The translations under genes were made by a program, and so were the position numbers. The notes under the pieces are model-generated. The model had not been told where the DNA came from, made no database searches, and saw nothing but the letters and a program-made list of their open reading frames with translations. DNA of 58,511 bases from a bacterium (GTDB lineage: Bacteria; SZUA-182; DTGQ01; JAFGSM01): contig JBLIRO010000028.1 of NCBI GenBank assembly GCA_049472335.1, positions 1 through 58,511 of the forward strand. Reading direction: 5' to 3'. Shown piece by piece: positions 56,410 to 58,511 of this stretch (within the stretch, counting starts at the first letter, position 1; every line of letters starts with the position of its first letter).

Positions 56410-58511
56410 TCACAAATTATATGGAGACAGATTATTGTTCCGGGCACATATGAGCGCAATGGTCTGGGGAGATGCAGAAATGAATTCCGTAGAACTGGGT
56501 TCTTCTCCGGGCCATTCACCATGAACAGTTAGACTTGCCTGATCCTCAACATTTTTAAACAATATCCAGTATCCTTGCCCGGATTCAAGATCCTCTGATT
56601 CAAGAACCCGTTGATATCCGGTTCCCTTAACATACTTATAAATGACACCTATATTGCAATTGTCAGTGATAGGCCGGGCGTTAGATGTACATCCCCCAAT
56701 CATAGCCCATCCTTCGTGATGTATCGTTTTATTATAGGATGGTATAGGTTGTCCGGTGAGGCTGAATTTCTGGTTTTGATCTAATAGTATCCAGTATCCT
56801 TTTCCAATTATAATATTTTCGTCTTCTTTTATAAGGTAATAACCAAGGTTCTCTTCATAACCATAGACGACTTTGGCTTCAGGGAAAACTGAAGAGACAG
56901 AAATGTTACATGATATCACAGGAAGAGAGATCATGCTCCACCCTGATAGCAGATTCATTTCAATCAAGACATCGTTATCGGCAATTTGAATGGTGTTTGA
57001 ACCGGAAATATAACCATAGGCTGAGGCAGTTATGGTCATAATTTGAGAATCATTAAAAATGCAGTTATCTAAAATATTAATATCAAAAGTTGCAGAGTTT
57101 TGGTCTGCGTAAATGGTAACAGTGGCAGGTAGAAGAATCACGGAAGGATCATTTGAAGACAAGTTTAACACCAAATCGGTATCTGGAACTGATGCCACGC
57201 TTACTATTCCACCTTCTGTAATAATTCCATTTCCTTCTGTGGCAATTTTGGGAATTGTCAGGGTGATTAGGTAATTACTCCATTCGCAAATAAAAGGATG
57301 TGTATTATTATATCCCGGTAGGCCATCATCGTCCCATTTGCCTGGCTCAGAGTCAAAATAACTTAGATAATTTTGCCCATTTTGGAGGTTATCCGGCTGT
57401 GTTGAACCCCAGTTGGTATAGCTCCATGATTCACCTGTTATCCATTTCCAGGCTCCTTCTGTTTCTTCATCAGTTCCGCCAAGCCAAATATTTATACCGT
57501 CGATACCGAGATTACTATAAACAAAATCATCCTCATCCTGGGAGGTGATAGTTGCCAGGTGCCCTCCTAAAATTTCACAATAAGCATAAGCATCAATCCA
57601 TGTCATTTCAGTATCAAATAGTTGATATTGATGTCTGTTGTTAGGATTTTGGATTTTCGAAGAATCTACATAAAAATCGGACAAGGGTGTCCAGAGACTT
57701 CTGTCGTTTGAATTGACAATTCTGGCCTTGCAACGCCAGTAATAGAGGCCTCCTGCTCCTGTTTGGTCATTTAACGTTATTTGACATGATGTGGTTCCGT
57801 TTGGATTGTTATGGTCCTCCGGAATGATTTGAGAATCCACCAGGTTAGAGTTATTGTTTTTGTATAATTCAAAGACATATTCCAGTTCCCTGTTAGGATT
57901 TAGAGGATCGTTTGGGAGATTATTTATAGATAGAGTAACTTTAAAGGGTTGATAATCATAGTTAGAGGTTATAACCTGCCCGGAAACAGGATAATGAATA
58001 ACAGGGGTTTGAAGCTCGGGTGTATTAATATCGGTTGTCAGAGAGTATTGACAGTTATCATTGTCCGGGTCCGGATTTATTATAATCAGATATGCCCTTG
58101 GATAAGTGCCTGAGGGCCCAAATTCATCCAAAACAAATTCCATTCCGGTAGATGGCCATATATTAGGGTCCCATATTGGATTTCCGGTTGAATTTTCATC
58201 GGGTACGAAGAGGGTAAGAGGGGAAATCTCACCTTGTGATGTCAAACCGGCCCTGATGTTTTCAATTTGAGTATTTGCAACGAATTTGAAATACTTACAG
58301 GAAAGATGCCCTATATTACGTCCCAGTTCCAAATATCCCTCCTCTATATCGGTTGTAGATATTTGATTATGTATGATTTCCGGAAATGTATCCGCGTTTA
58401 GGTAATAAAGATATTTGTCCCCCTCTTCATAATCCAATGTCAGATTCTTAAGACAGAACCGGGTCATGGCCTCACCCCAGTTTGAATAATAATCATAAAG
58501 AAGGGTATATT
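56410..58511 (-). CDS. Large surface/secreted protein (5' partial) with C-type lectin and Ig/Calx-beta-like domains
   Basis: Frame is open to the window edge. CTL motifs TWIDAYAYC...GGHLATITS, WLGGTD, QPDN, WDD, FICEW; later LLSGWSMISLP domain. Confidence 0.8.
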   Translation of the reverse strand, partial: YTLLYDYYSNWGEAMTRFCLKNLTLDYEEGDKYLYYLNADTFPEIIHNQISTTDIEEGYLELGRNIGHLSCKYFKFVANTQIENIRAGLTSQGEISPLTLFVPDENSTGNPIWDPNIWPSTGMEFVLDEFGPSGTYPRAYLIIINPDPDNDNCQYSLTTDINTPELQTPVIHYPVSGQVITSNYDYQPFKVTLSINNLPNDPLNPNRELEYVFELYKNNNSNLVDSQIIPEDHNNPNGTTSCQITLNDQTGAGGLYYWRCKARIVNSNDRSLWTPLSDFYVDSSKIQNPNNRHQYQLFDTEMTWIDAYAYCEILGGHLATITSQDEDDFVYSNLGIDGINIWLGGTDEETEGAWKWITGESWSYTNWGSTQPDNLQNGQNYLSYFDSEPGKWDDDGLPGYNNTHPFICEWSNYLITLTIPKIATEGNGIITEGGIVSVASVPDTDLVLNLSSNDPSVILLPATVTIYADQNSATFDINILDNCIFNDSQIMTITASAYGYISGSNTIQIADNDVLIEMNLLSGWSMISLPVISCNISVSSVFPEAKVVYGYEENLGYYLIKEDENIIIGKGYWILLDQNQKFSLTGQPIPSYNKTIHHEGWAMIGGCTSNARPITDNCNIGVIYKYVKGTGYQRVLESEDLESGQGYWILFKNVEDQASLTVHGEWPGEEPSSTEFISASPQTIALICARNNNLSPYNL

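Overview
Low-GC bacterial (probably anaerobic, Desulfobacterota-like in repeat content; taxonomy not provable) window with no rRNA, tRNA or CRISPR seen. Left half (1-28 kb): a secreted papain-family protease, several secreted proteins with aromatic Tyr/Gly/Pro/Phe-rich low-complexity regions, an ECF sigma factor, a deleted fpg gene, pncA, a two-component cluster (REC proteins, REC-AraC, PAS kinase), a MITE, a site-2 protease and a glycosylation operon. Right half (28-53 kb): what looks like one ancestral + strand operon, now split by insertions. It encodes two exported or anchored unknowns, two NapH/MauN-type membrane polyferredoxins, a double-cubane (DCCP)/2-hydroxyacyl-CoA dehydratase-family Fe-S protein, its ASKHA ATPase activator, an atypical WtpABC-like importer whose binding protein lacks the tungstate-binding acidic residues, and a membrane-anchored PQQ-like beta-propeller. 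The insertions carry toxin-antitoxin pairs, a recombinase relic, an RHS protein, a deleted wtpA duplicate and an M23 peptidase. The end of the window has decayed TA, repeat and intron relics and a partial C-type lectin surface-protein gene. The split Fe-S/ABC operon is the best candidate for an undescribed system. All family calls are from motif recognition, not database searches.
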